Of a stretch of 45,397 nucleotides of DNA, positions 1-9,885 are shown piece after piece (the stretch's first letter is position 1; each line of letters starts with the position of its first letter). Made by a program: the position numbers and the translations under genes. The stretch lies in IMG/VR virus record IMGVR_UViG_3300032024_000088, positions 1 through 45,397 of that record. One strand, 5' to 3'. This stretch comes from a virus (Duplodnaviria > Caudoviricetes). The notes beneath the pieces are model-generated. The model was not told the origin of the DNA and ran no database searches. It was given only the letters and a program-made list of their open reading frames with translations.

Positions 1-1
1 G

Positions 2-166
2 CTAGATTTGCAGTTTGCTAATATACGTCTAGCGAGTAACGCGTGCGTCACCTCGTTCACGTCACGCGTCCGAATGCACGACTGGGGAATTGTTCTAGGT
101 CAGCGCGGATTAGCTGGGGGCGGCGGAATAGTCCCACCACAACCGCCGCCACAGGGGGCTATATAA
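2..166 (+). CDS. 3' fragment of a gene truncated by the window edge
   Basis: Frame 2 is open from 2 to TAA at 164-166 (...GGGGIVPPQPPPQGAI*); the next ATG is at 168. Confidence 0.45.
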   Translation, partial: LDLQFANIRLASNACVTSFTSRVRMHDWGIVLGQRGLAGGGGIVPPQPPPQGAI

Positions 167-167
167 T

Positions 168-581
168 ATGGCTTCTGTAGAAAGCGTGCCACTCGTGTTT
201 TTGTCCGGTACCGCAGGAGCGTTGACCGGCGGCTGGCTGTTTTTAAACGGTCAGGGCGTGCTCGTATTCCAGCCGTTCAGTAACGCGCTCGCTGGCACCG
301 GTGGTGGCGTAGCGCGTAGTATCTGGCACGCAGGAAACTTCGCCCCGAGTCCGGCCACTGGCAACGTCCCCACATGGAACGGCTTCAGTTGGGTTGCTCA
401 GGCTCCAGCTACTGGCGGCGGCGTCTGGGGCGCCATCACGGGGACGCTGTCTAGCCAGACAGACTTGCAAGCTGCGCTCAACACGAAGTCCAGCGCCAGC
501 ACGTTGACCAAGGTGTCAATATCCGCAACGGACCCGGTACTGAGTAACTTGGTTGACGGTGAACTGAGGCTGGTGTACTGA
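168..581 (+). CDS. Tail-fibre-like small virion protein
   Basis: Contains IWHAGNF and GGGVWGAITGTLSSQTDLQAALN, segments typical of phage fibre proteins; stop overlaps the next ATG. Confidence 0.6.
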   Translation: MASVESVPLVFLSGTAGALTGGWLFLNGQGVLVFQPFSNALAGTGGGVARSIWHAGNFAPSPATGNVPTWNGFSWVAQAPATGGGVWGAITGTLSSQTDLQAALNTKSSASTLTKVSISATDPVLSNLVDGELRLVY

Positions 582-1168
582 TGGCTGCCAAGATGTTCTT
601 CCGGGATGCTGGGGTGCTGCGCACTGCACGCAAGGTGTTCTTCAGGGATGCTGGGGTGCTGCGCACTGTACGCAAAGCGTTCTACCGCGATGCGGGAGTG
701 CTGCGGGTGGTATACTTGGCAGTAACTGGCGGGATTGTCACGCTAACCAGTAAGAGTCTATCCGTACTTGTACAGTCCCCCGGAACCGCGTCTATTACGT
801 TCCGTCTCGCCACAGGCGGTAAATTAAGAGTGTCCACAAACGGTGGTGCGTTCAGCGAGATTTCCCCGCTAACTGAGTGGCTTGATCCAGAGGATACTAT
901 AGATGCTGAAAACTATGACGCGCAGGCAACCCTGACCTCCAACACTGACAGTGCTACGGTGACCGGCACATTCGGTTCTAGGCTACAGCTAGGGGCCGCT
1001 GGCGGTTCTAGGGACTGGGGGGCTTCCATAACTACTGCTACGAACTCAGATGAGTCTGCGTCCCCTGTTGTGTCTATACAGATAATAAGGAGGTCAGATT
1101 CAGTAACCGTAGCAACAGCGTCAGTCACGTTTAATCTGAAATTGTTCAGCAATCTCGGCAATCTTTAG
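581..1168 (+). CDS. Tail-fibre-associated/adhesin-like protein with 3 N-terminal 14-aa repeats
   Basis: K(M/V/A)F(F/Y)RDAGVLR x3 followed by a Ser/Thr-rich beta-rich domain. Confidence 0.55.
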   Translation: MAAKMFFRDAGVLRTARKVFFRDAGVLRTVRKAFYRDAGVLRVVYLAVTGGIVTLTSKSLSVLVQSPGTASITFRLATGGKLRVSTNGGAFSEISPLTEWLDPEDTIDAENYDAQATLTSNTDSATVTGTFGSRLQLGAAGGSRDWGASITTATNSDESASPVVSIQIIRRSDSVTVATASVTFNLKLFSNLGNL

Positions 1169-1200
1169 CCGCCCACAAGGGCATAGCCAGGAGTATCGTC

Positions 1201-1641
1201 ATGAGCAAGAGCAACACTTTTGAGACCGCACTGTTGAATCTTATCTTCAAGAACTTGGACATCGCCAACATTGGGGACGCCACAGGTATCCGGGGCAGCG
1301 TAGCCGCAGGAAATCTGTACTGGGCACTGCATACGGCTGATCCTGGCGAGGCTGGCTCAGCTGTGACCAGCGAGACTACGTACACGGGTTACGTTCGCAT
1401 GGCCGCTGCACGCGGTGCTGGATTCGTAGTCACGGGTAACTCAGTAGCTCCCGCTGCGGATATCCTGTTCCCAGCGGCCACTGCCGTCTTTGGAGGTCCG
1501 ATCACGCACGCCAGTATTGTGAACACGGCATTGGGCGCGGGCATCATTCTGTACAGCGGAACCATGACTCCGAACGTGACCATCGCTGCCGCAGTGGAGC
1601 CGAAGATCGTGGCTGCTACTACCGCAGTCACTGAAGATTAA
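1201..1641 (+). CDS. Phage tail-fibre-associated structural protein (paralog/allele of 44827-45264)
   Basis: AGGAG RBS; LHTADPGEAG...ETTYTGY motif; colinear with and highly similar to the 145-aa ORF at the window end. Confidence 0.75.
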   Translation: MSKSNTFETALLNLIFKNLDIANIGDATGIRGSVAAGNLYWALHTADPGEAGSAVTSETTYTGYVRMAAARGAGFVVTGNSVAPAADILFPAATAVFGGPITHASIVNTALGAGIILYSGTMTPNVTIAAAVEPKIVAATTAVTED

Positions 1642-1642
1642 T

Positions 1643-1837
1643 GTGAGGAATCTTGGCGGCAGTAGACATGGAAACTCTGAGGGGCTAGTCTGTCAAGAAT
1701 GCGCTGCTAGGGTGGGGTTCGTCCCCACTCCGGCAGTTGTCTGGGTGACTGGAGAATGCTCCAGGTGTGGACTTACTATGGCAGTAGCCAAGAATTCCCA
1801 CTACGTTCACAGAGTTCAGGTTCCAAGGAGTAGCTGA
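1643..1837 (+). CDS. Small CxxC-CxxC zinc-finger-like hypothetical protein
   Basis: CQEC and CSRC pairs; fills the gap between flanking genes. Confidence 0.4.
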   Translation: MRNLGGSRHGNSEGLVCQECAARVGFVPTPAVVWVTGECSRCGLTMAVAKNSHYVHRVQVPRSS

Positions 1838-4023
1838 TGGCTATTACTGCACGACTTGTAGGGAAAGGCGCTGCTGCGGCAGCGTCTACAACCACTGCTG
1901 CCGGCACGTCGTCTGTCAGCGGAAGCACATTCCTTCAGGGGTTTTCGTACGACGCATCGACTGCCGTTACGTCTGTAACGGACAGCAAGTCAAACGCGTA
2001 CATCAAGCTTGGCATCACATACACTGGGGCTGGCCTAAAAACCGAGTGGTGGATAAGTCAGAATGGCGTAGGTGGATCAGCGCACACTGGCACAGCGACA
2101 TTTTCCGGGACAGCGTTCGCGTCTAATGCGTTGATCGAAGTCACCGGAGCAGATGCATCTGGCATTGACGTAACAACTGGTCGCGACAACTCCAGTACAC
2201 ACGACCTCACAATCTCGGTTGGGGCGTTTGCGCAGGCTGACGAAGTTGTCCTCGCCGTTGTGTCTGCCGGAGATGGCGGCACCGTAGTGTATTCCGATAC
2301 AACGGCCACCTTCTCAAAACTGGCGGAGGAGCAGGACGGGAATAATTTCTGGACGTCTGCCGTATGGGCGCGTGTTATATCATCTACTGCTGCGTTTAAT
2401 GTTGGCTTCAGCAATGGCTCCCCAGGGGGGTCATTTCTCGCTGGCTCTATTGTCTCGATAAAGCAGGCGGCAGCCGGGGGATCTATTGCAGCAGATGGTA
2501 TCTCCACCGGGACTGCAACTGTATCGGGAGTATCTGGAGCAATCGCAGGAGTAAGTGGTAGCTCATCTGGACTAGCCATTGCCCTTGGTATTGCTCTTAG
2601 TATCTTCCCCTCCCAGGGGGGCAGTGTAGGTACTAGTAATGTCACGGGACAAGCAGGTAGTGTCGTAGCAACAACTGGCAGTGCTGTAGGTACTAGCATT
2701 GGTACTGGGGTGAGCAATACTATCTTTGCTTCAACCGGCACCAGCGTTGGTACTAGTACGGTAACTGCTGTTGGCAATAGTATTGTTCCCTCCCTTGGTT
2801 CTGTTGATGGCGTTAGTACGGTAACAGGCATTGCTAATGCCGTCTTTCCCAGTGTTGGCACCAGTGTTGGCACCAGTACAGTAACTGGCGCTGGGGAAAC
2901 TATAACGCCTGCGGCTGAAACTGTTGGTACCTCAATAGGTACCAGTGTTGCTCTTGGTATTGGTGCATCCTTTGCAACTACCCAAGGTGACAGCCTTGGA
3001 TTATCAACAGTATCTGGCATTGCCCAAGCAATCTTCCCCTCAACCGGTAGTAGCACTGGCACAAGCACTGTCACTGGCGCTGGTGAGATTGTCACAAACA
3101 TAATAGACACTATTGGTACTGCCGATGGTGGTAGTGTTGTCACTGGTATTGCCGTTGCTATCTTCTCTGCACAAGGTGACTCTGCCGGCTCTACCACTGT
3201 CACGGGGGTAAGTGCCAGTACCTCAGGGAGTGTGGGAAATAGTGTTGGCACATCCACTGCTACGGGTCTGTCTGGCCTGGGTGGAAATGCCCCAGCAGGA
3301 TCGGCGCGGGAAATCTTAATCGTTCGGCAGGCTAAGACTGTCGTAGATGTTCACACTATCATTGAGGGTGTTGAGCGTTTTCTTGGCCCTACTGAAACTA
3401 TCTTCTCCGTGGTCAGCCGAGTGGAAGTCCATCAAGGCATCGACCCTTCCCCCAATGATGTACTAGGCCCATCCTTCGTGCAGTTCGTGGGGACTGAAGT
3501 ACGGCAGCAAATACAGCGGGGCTTGCCAGGAGTAATTTATAATGTCATAATGGACATTACTACCAACCTTGCGAATGTCATTACGTTAGTTTTTCGCCAA
3601 GCTGTCCTCCCCATTGGAGTTGGAACATTTATCTTCCCTGCCCAGTTCGGAATCTTCACTAGCCCCAATTACCCTTATCAGTTTAGCGAATCTATGACGA
3701 TGGGGCATGAGTTAATTGGCGGAAGATTATTTGGTTTGGTGACAGGGTTTGCAGAAACACTGGGTTTGTCCCATAACCTAACGGGGGGATTGTTAAGAGA
3801 TATTCTCCAAACCACTTCTTTTACTGAAACCCTTACATTGTCGCATTCATTAGTAGGTGGTTTGTTAATAGATCTTCTCCAAACCACTTCATTCACAGAA
3901 ACCATGACGCTTTCACACAGTCTCCAAGGTGGTTCCATGCCAGCAGTATTGTTGAGGTATGAAAACTGGCCTCAGGAAACTCTCTCCCTTTCCCATTCAA
4001 TCACTGGAGGAACCCTCGCGTGA
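1837..4023 (+). CDS. Tail fibre/spike-like protein with Gly/Ser/Thr repeats and an internal fibre-adaptor domain
   Basis: About 20-aa G-S-x-G-T-S-T-V-T-G repeats; QQIQRGLPGVIY domain homologous to 44450-44776; five C-terminal ETLxLSHxLxGG repeats. Confidence 0.7.
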   Translation: MAITARLVGKGAAAAASTTTAAGTSSVSGSTFLQGFSYDASTAVTSVTDSKSNAYIKLGITYTGAGLKTEWWISQNGVGGSAHTGTATFSGTAFASNALIEVTGADASGIDVTTGRDNSSTHDLTISVGAFAQADEVVLAVVSAGDGGTVVYSDTTATFSKLAEEQDGNNFWTSAVWARVISSTAAFNVGFSNGSPGGSFLAGSIVSIKQAAAGGSIAADGISTGTATVSGVSGAIAGVSGSSSGLAIALGIALSIFPSQGGSVGTSNVTGQAGSVVATTGSAVGTSIGTGVSNTIFASTGTSVGTSTVTAVGNSIVPSLGSVDGVSTVTGIANAVFPSVGTSVGTSTVTGAGETITPAAETVGTSIGTSVALGIGASFATTQGDSLGLSTVSGIAQAIFPSTGSSTGTSTVTGAGEIVTNIIDTIGTADGGSVVTGIAVAIFSAQGDSAGSTTVTGVSASTSGSVGNSVGTSTATGLSGLGGNAPAGSAREILIVRQAKTVVDVHTIIEGVERFLGPTETIFSVVSRVEVHQGIDPSPNDVLGPSFVQFVGTEVRQQIQRGLPGVIYNVIMDITTNLANVITLVFRQAVLPIGVGTFIFPAQFGIFTSPNYPYQFSESMTMGHELIGGRLFGLVTGFAETLGLSHNLTGGLLRDILQTTSFTETLTLSHSLVGGLLIDLLQTTSFTETMTLSHSLQGGSMPAVLLRYENWPQETLSLSHSITGGTLA

Positions 4024-5066
4024 ACATTCTGAAGTATCGAGATTTTGAACTCCCTTCATTACATTCCAACGTGGGCATTGGTGGGTTCTTTCGGCTGGAG
4101 AAGTTTGTCCGGCACAATGGGAGGGAGATTATCACCTACAGTGGGCCGTGGTTTCATAACCTTATTACCGATGTAGGGATGAATTTCTTCGGGGATGAGC
4201 TACGCCCCCCAGGGGGATTTATGGAGTCTTGCTCCATCGGCACAGGTACGGCTACCCCAAGTGTACTTGACACCTCCTTATCGGCCTTTCTTGCTAGCAC
4301 AGCAGGCTCACAAGTACATACAACTGCCGGGGGCACATCTGCTAATGGTGTCACAGTATCTCCTGTGTCAGTAAACTCCATTCAAGCGGTATCACCTTAC
4401 CGAGCCTCCCTTGCTCGTACCTGGGAATTTCCTCCCGGCATTGGTACAGGTAACATTACAGAGGTTGGTGTATCTAACAACATGGTACCGGCCTCGCAGA
4501 AATTATTCACAAGGGAACTTGTCCGTGATAGCGGAGGTGCGCCTACTACGATTGCAAAACTTGAAGATGAATTTCTCCGTGTGACGTATGACTTCGGTAC
4601 GTTGATTGACTTGGTAGACAAAACAGGTAGTGTGGTGTTACAGTCTATTTCATATGCCTATACAATGCGACCCGCTCTTGTTAATTTGTTAGACGCCTTC
4701 GGTGGCTCCAGTGGTGGGGGTAGGACTATTCCTAACAATGCTTTCCAAGAATGGCAGACTATGATATCGGGCTGGGGAAATGGTTGGACTGGTGCTATTG
4801 GGCCTATTACAGGTATTCCCTCAGGCACATTCATTGGGGATTCCACATCTACAACTGTCGTTAACACTCCCTACTCTGCCGGTACCTTCCTCAAGGATGC
4901 ATCATCTACTCTTTCCCTTACTGCTGGTGTTCACGCATCTGGTATTGGTGCACTTAAAGTTGCTACTCAATACTATACCCTTCAGATTGGATTTGTTCCT
5001 AACATCCCCAAGCTAGGTACTCAGACCCTTACCCTTAACCTTCGCACAACTTGGGCGCGCACATAA
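4020..5066 (+). CDS. Tail/baseplate-tip structural protein
   Basis: NLITDVG, IGTGTATPS, GNITEVGV and LFTRELVRD motifs seen in phage tail proteins; coupled to neighbours. Confidence 0.65.
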   Translation: MNILKYRDFELPSLHSNVGIGGFFRLEKFVRHNGREIITYSGPWFHNLITDVGMNFFGDELRPPGGFMESCSIGTGTATPSVLDTSLSAFLASTAGSQVHTTAGGTSANGVTVSPVSVNSIQAVSPYRASLARTWEFPPGIGTGNITEVGVSNNMVPASQKLFTRELVRDSGGAPTTIAKLEDEFLRVTYDFGTLIDLVDKTGSVVLQSISYAYTMRPALVNLLDAFGGSSGGGRTIPNNAFQEWQTMISGWGNGWTGAIGPITGIPSGTFIGDSTSTTVVNTPYSAGTFLKDASSTLSLTAGVHASGIGALKVATQYYTLQIGFVPNIPKLGTQTLTLNLRTTWART

Positions 5067-6253
5067 TGGCTCTGCCGGAGAATAAACTAAGTACCTTGCC
5101 TGTTCCAGCCCCCTTCCTTTCCCCACGGGATAAGGTAGTTGGTTTCCTAGAAAGTTGGCATATTGGTGGTGTTGGTTTGAGTGATCCAACCCAGGGGTTG
5201 CGATTCCAAGACTGGCACGCTGTCTCCGATGGCAGTTCGGTATTCGTGAGTGCTCCCAACTGGCCCCTTATGCAGTTATTCTTCACTGCCGGGGCAGGAA
5301 TCTCCTTCGTTGACTTGGCATTTGATCAGAACATGCACCCTGCAGTTGCCTATGTTGAGGGTGGTCAGGCCAAGTTGTGGTGGTTTGACCCCTTGCCGAA
5401 TGAGATTACCGTTCTTGACCTTGACCCATTGGACAAGAACCCTCGCATTGCCCTTGATGATAGTCGGGCACTGTCAGTGAATGGTGGCATAAGTGACATG
5501 ATCCTCGCATACACCAGGGGTGGATCACTTTACTATCGTCAGCAGCGTGATCGGTTTACTGTAGAACGTTTGCTGGTTGCCAACACAGGGTTAGTTCGCC
5601 TCCTTACAGTGGGGATGACTGAGGCTAACAGGTTCCAGTTCTTCTTCGGTGGAGACATTCCTCCCTTTATTGCGCCTACTCCAGTTCCAGGAGGTGGAAC
5701 AGGCCCCTTCCAGCCAGCGCCTCCCCCTCCGCCAATCCCACCAAGTCCTCCCGGAGGCCCGGTTGTTCCCACAGTTATTCCAAACCTAGACTTTTCCAGC
5801 GGATTAACTGGATGGAAACTTAATGGAGATGGGGTATTATCTATCTCCGATGGGGCCGCTCGTTATGTGGGTACGCCTGGTAGTTTTGCCAATACGATGA
5901 TTCTCACAGAGGGAGTTCTTGTTTCTACAGATCATCCCGTTAACGTAACTGGCAGAGTGAGGATTGTATCCACTAGCCTTGGCATTACATCTGTTGGTAT
6001 TCGAGTAGGTATTTCCTCAACTGGGCCGGATGGTATTTTCTTTGATGCCCTGAGTATCATAGGGCCCTTTAGTCTTTCCTCTCCCGTGGATGGTACACTT
6101 GCATGGACTGATCTTGCCCCAGTAGGCGCGCCGTCAGCAACGTCTTCTGCATCTCCTGCTTGGATAAGAATTGGTGTTGTCATTCAGAATCCTGTTGGGG
6201 CTGTAGATGTAATGATTGATGACTTTACAGTCACCGCGAGTACCCCTGCCTAA
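5066..6253 (+). CDS. Tail-tip protein with Pro-rich linker and C-terminal carbohydrate-binding-like domain
   Basis: Likely start MALPENKLS; GGVGLSDPTQGL and LAFDQNMHP motifs; poly-Pro linker; NLDFSSGLTGW...IDDF jelly-roll-like end. Confidence 0.65.
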   Translation: MALPENKLSTLPVPAPFLSPRDKVVGFLESWHIGGVGLSDPTQGLRFQDWHAVSDGSSVFVSAPNWPLMQLFFTAGAGISFVDLAFDQNMHPAVAYVEGGQAKLWWFDPLPNEITVLDLDPLDKNPRIALDDSRALSVNGGISDMILAYTRGGSLYYRQQRDRFTVERLLVANTGLVRLLTVGMTEANRFQFFFGGDIPPFIAPTPVPGGGTGPFQPAPPPPPIPPSPPGGPVVPTVIPNLDFSSGLTGWKLNGDGVLSISDGAARYVGTPGSFANTMILTEGVLVSTDHPVNVTGRVRIVSTSLGITSVGIRVGISSTGPDGIFFDALSIIGPFSLSSPVDGTLAWTDLAPVGAPSATSSASPAWIRIGVVIQNPVGAVDVMIDDFTVTASTPA

Positions 6254-7722
6254 TGGCTGTTACCCTCACAGCAGAGTTAATCGAAGCGTTCTCAGGTACA
6301 TTCCTGAGTCCTCGCTTTGATGATGCCAGGTCTGTGCCAGACTTTCATAGGTTGGGATGGAAACTTTACACCTCCTCCCATCCGCAGTGTGAGTTGATCG
6401 CCCCTCGAGATCATGCGAAGTCCACCTCTTTCACCTTCGTATACATCCTTGCGGAGGTATGCTTCCGGGTGTCTGATTATGTCATCCTAATTGGCTCCAC
6501 CGAGGATAAGGCGGCCGAGCAACTCTCCAACATTTCCGAGGAACTCGAATCCAATCCTGACTTGCGAGCAGAGTTTGGTATTGCAGGGTTTGATACATTG
6601 CAGAAAACAGAAATTATCGTGAGGTGTGACGATGGCTTTCGCTTCCGTATCCTTGCCCGTGGTGCAGAGCAGAAAATCCGTGGTGCACTATGGAAGGGTA
6701 AGCGGCCTAACTTGATTGTTTGTGATGACATGGAAGATGATGAACAGGTGGAGAGTAAGGAACGACGCAACAAGTTCCGTCGTTGGTTCTTCCGTGCTGC
6801 CAAGCAAGCTCTTTCCAAGTCTGGCAAGATTCGTGTCCATGGTACTATCTTGCATGATGACTCTTTGTTGTCACGATTGCGGAAGAACAAAACTTGGCAC
6901 CATTTGTTCTTCAAGGCACACCGTAGTTACTCCGACTTCAACGAACTCCTCTGGCCAGCTCGTTGGAGTGAGGCAGACCTTCGTGCCAGGCGGCGGGAGT
7001 TTGAAGAGGATGGTGACTCAGCTGGTTATTCCCAGGAGTTCCTGAATACTCCACTGGACAATGCAGCCAGGTTCATTCGGAAGGAAGACATGCTTCCTAT
7101 GGATGAGGAAAAAGGGGATTATGAGTCCGATAAAATCTATGGCATGGGAGTTGACTTTGCAGTGAGCAAAGCAGACACGGCCAATAGGACTAGTTTCACT
7201 GTAGGTGGTAAGGATGTAGACAACATCATTCACATTGTGGATGAAAGTGTAGGGCGTTGGGACACCTTGGAGTGGTTGGATGAACTCTTCCTGTTGAATG
7301 ACAGGTGGGAGCCGGAAGTTATCTGGGTCGAGGGTGGACAGATTTGGCTCTCTGTGGAACCATTCCTGTACGAGGAGATGCGGGAGAGGGATACTTGGAT
7401 GAACATTCAAGTCATCCAGCCCACAAAGGATAAGGCTATCCGAGGCAGAGCATATCAGCGGCGTAGCCGAGCGGGTGGTATTCGTTACTACAAGGAAGCC
7501 GACTGGTATATTGAATATGAAGAGGAAATCCTCCGCTTCACTGGGGTAACACAAGCCCTTCTGGATGATCAGTTCGATTCTACTGCGCTGCTCATTAAGG
7601 GTTTTGACGTATTCCGGCAGGTGGAGGAAGATGACTTCCTTACCGAGGAAGAAGTTGACTTCATTCAAGAATCCGACGACCTCATGGCAGGAGAAGGCGG
7701 CAGGAATGCCACGGGGTATTAG
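6253..7722 (+). CDS. terL: Terminase large subunit
   Basis: Walker A PRDHAKST, Walker B IVCDDMEDD, RNase H-like GVDFA...DDQFDS; lies directly upstream of portal. Confidence 0.92.
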   Translation: MAVTLTAELIEAFSGTFLSPRFDDARSVPDFHRLGWKLYTSSHPQCELIAPRDHAKSTSFTFVYILAEVCFRVSDYVILIGSTEDKAAEQLSNISEELESNPDLRAEFGIAGFDTLQKTEIIVRCDDGFRFRILARGAEQKIRGALWKGKRPNLIVCDDMEDDEQVESKERRNKFRRWFFRAAKQALSKSGKIRVHGTILHDDSLLSRLRKNKTWHHLFFKAHRSYSDFNELLWPARWSEADLRARRREFEEDGDSAGYSQEFLNTPLDNAARFIRKEDMLPMDEEKGDYESDKIYGMGVDFAVSKADTANRTSFTVGGKDVDNIIHIVDESVGRWDTLEWLDELFLLNDRWEPEVIWVEGGQIWLSVEPFLYEEMRERDTWMNIQVIQPTKDKAIRGRAYQRRSRAGGIRYYKEADWYIEYEEEILRFTGVTQALLDDQFDSTALLIKGFDVFRQVEEDDFLTEEEVDFIQESDDLMAGEGGRNATGY

Positions 7723-7726
7723 TAAT

Positions 7727-7743
7727 TGTTTCATCATGAAACA
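7727..7743. promoter_or_regulatory. parS-like palindrome TGTTTCA-TCA-TGAAACA
   Basis: One of ten related palindromes; sits at the terL/portal junction. Confidence 0.7.
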
Positions 7744-7755
7744 TGGAGATACGAA

Positions 7756-9885
7756 ATGTTAAATCTTGATAATTACATCACTATGGATTCGGACACATTC
7801 CTTAGTCCCAACCTGTGTGATCGGTTTTCTGAGGAAGATCTTGTTGCCATTTCCCTGCAGATAATGGATACCTACAACAATGACGTAGCCAGTCGGGCAA
7901 CATGGTCTCGCAGGACAGAAGCAGGTCTTGACCTCGCTATGCAGTTACAGCAATCCAAGAGTTTTCCTTGGCATAACTGTTCCAACATTGCATTCCCTTT
8001 GATTACCATAGCAGCGCTGCAATTTCACTCCCGTGCATACCCTGCCTTGGTGAATGGTAGTAGCCTTGTTAAGTGCCGAGTGATTGGGGAGGACAAAACT
8101 GGTGCCATTAAGGCCATAGCTGATCGCGTTAGCACTTACATGAGTTGGCAATTGCTGGAGCAAGATGAGAACTGGGAAGCTCAAACTGATATGTCCCTCC
8201 TAAACGTCCCCATCGTTGGAGTTGGGTTTAAGAAAACTTACTTCAATCCCTCGAAGGGGGCTAACACAAGTGAGTTTGTCCATGCCAAGGATTTGGTTAT
8301 CAACTACTGGGCAACCTCCGTGGATGCTTGGCCGGCAAAGACTCACATCATTCCAATGGGGAGGAATGATATCTACGAACGAGTCCGGCGGGGCATTTTC
8401 AAGGATGTTCTGGAAGAAGCGTGGTTCCTGTCAGACGCAACCCCTGATGTAACTGACGAAGATGCACGTGCCGACACTCGCGCTGGCATGTCCCCGCCAA
8501 GTCCTTCCAGCTCTTCCCCCTTCACCCTCCTCGAACAGCATTGTTCACTTGACTTGGACAACGATGGCTACGCGGAGCCTTACATTGTAACAGTTGAAAA
8601 GAGTTCCCACACCATTCTGCGCATTGTTACAAGATTTAGTCGCGCCGAGGACATTGAGCGGGATAGCAAGGGTAACATAATTGCGATTAGGCCCATGGAG
8701 TACTTCACCAAAATTCCTTTCATCCCATCTCCTGACGGAAGCATAATGGATATAGGATTTGGTGTCCTCCTTGGGCCGCTTAATGAGTCAGTGAATTCCT
8801 CCATCAACCAACTGTTTGATGCGGGTACACTGAGTAATACGGCGGGTGGTTTTCTTGGGCGTGGTGCAAAGTTGCGCGGTGGTGTGTATCGGTTTAGTCC
8901 CTTCGCCTGGCAGCGGGTGGACTCAACAGGCGATGATTTGAAGAAGAATATCTTCCCCCTGCCGGTACGTGAGCCAAGTCTGGTGATGTTCAATTTACTT
9001 AATCTGTTGATTAACTACACCAATCGCATCTCCGGCACCACCGACATGATGGTAGGTGATACACCTGGACAGAATACCCCGGCTGAAACGGCTCGCACGG
9101 CTGTAGAGCAAGGGCAAAAGGTCTACTCAGCTATCTTCAAGCGCATCTGGCGCTCGTTCAAACAGGAGTTTAAGAAACTCTCCCACTTAAATAGCATCCA
9201 CATGCCAGATGTAGTATACTTCGGTGATGGCACCATGAAGGTTAACCGAGAAGATTTTACCATTAGTGAATTGTCCATCATCCCTGTGGCTGATCCGGCC
9301 ATCACAAGTGATGCTGCGCAATTTGCAAGGGCTCGTCTAATCAAGGAAGCTGCCCAAGCTAACCCTGGGTACGATACAGATGCCGTGGAGAGGATGTTCT
9401 TGAAGTCTCTCGGCATTGATGGAGTTGATGCGATCTACAAGGGCACTGTCAATCTGCCACCGCCGCCAGATGATCCGATGATTGCGGTAGCTAAGATCAG
9501 GTTGCAGTCTGAGCGGGAAAGTATTGAGTTCCGTAAGATGCAATTCATCACGAAGCTGCGTGAACAGGCCAGTCTTAACAGTGCAAAGGTCTTGGAAATC
9601 AAGGCCCGTACTGCAAAGATTGTGGAAGAGATTGGTGCTATCAAAGGAAAGGAATACCGAGAGCAGATTGATACAGTAACATCGCAACTTGAGGCAATAA
9701 GTGCACAGCAGCTTTCCCAGGCAGATTTAATTCAGAAGGAGTTAGATAATGAACGCGCAGCAAATGAGCAATCACTCCCAACCGGAGTCGCTGACTCCGC
9801 AGGAGGAACTGTTCCAGGAGTGGAAACGGCACCCAGTGACGCAGATGGTCTTGGAGTGGGCACACCAGGAGCGGGAGTCGCTTAA
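7756..9885 (+). CDS. Portal protein
   Basis: About 710 aa after terL; KSFPW..SNIAFPL, VGFKKTYF and DLDNDGYAEPY motifs; coiled-coil C-terminus; GGAG RBS before ATG 7756. Confidence 0.88.
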   Translation: MLNLDNYITMDSDTFLSPNLCDRFSEEDLVAISLQIMDTYNNDVASRATWSRRTEAGLDLAMQLQQSKSFPWHNCSNIAFPLITIAALQFHSRAYPALVNGSSLVKCRVIGEDKTGAIKAIADRVSTYMSWQLLEQDENWEAQTDMSLLNVPIVGVGFKKTYFNPSKGANTSEFVHAKDLVINYWATSVDAWPAKTHIIPMGRNDIYERVRRGIFKDVLEEAWFLSDATPDVTDEDARADTRAGMSPPSPSSSSPFTLLEQHCSLDLDNDGYAEPYIVTVEKSSHTILRIVTRFSRAEDIERDSKGNIIAIRPMEYFTKIPFIPSPDGSIMDIGFGVLLGPLNESVNSSINQLFDAGTLSNTAGGFLGRGAKLRGGVYRFSPFAWQRVDSTGDDLKKNIFPLPVREPSLVMFNLLNLLINYTNRISGTTDMMVGDTPGQNTPAETARTAVEQGQKVYSAIFKRIWRSFKQEFKKLSHLNSIHMPDVVYFGDGTMKVNREDFTISELSIIPVADPAITSDAAQFARARLIKEAAQANPGYDTDAVERMFLKSLGIDGVDAIYKGTVNLPPPPDDPMIAVAKIRLQSERESIEFRKMQFITKLREQASLNSAKVLEIKARTAKIVEEIGAIKGKEYREQIDTVTSQLEAISAQQLSQADLIQKELDNERAANEQSLPTGVADSAGGTVPGVETAPSDADGLGVGTPGAGVA

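Noticed and set aside
1201-1933. Diversity-generating retroelement TR/VR pair with 44827-45397
   Set aside because: No reverse transcriptase; differences are mostly synonymous and not adenine-specific.
2058-3257. 399-aa minus-strand ORF and other long antisense ORFs (e.g. 7018-7737, 20209-20946, 30936-31736, 34802-35470)
   Set aside because: Shadows of well-supported opposite-strand genes, with no motifs or RBS.
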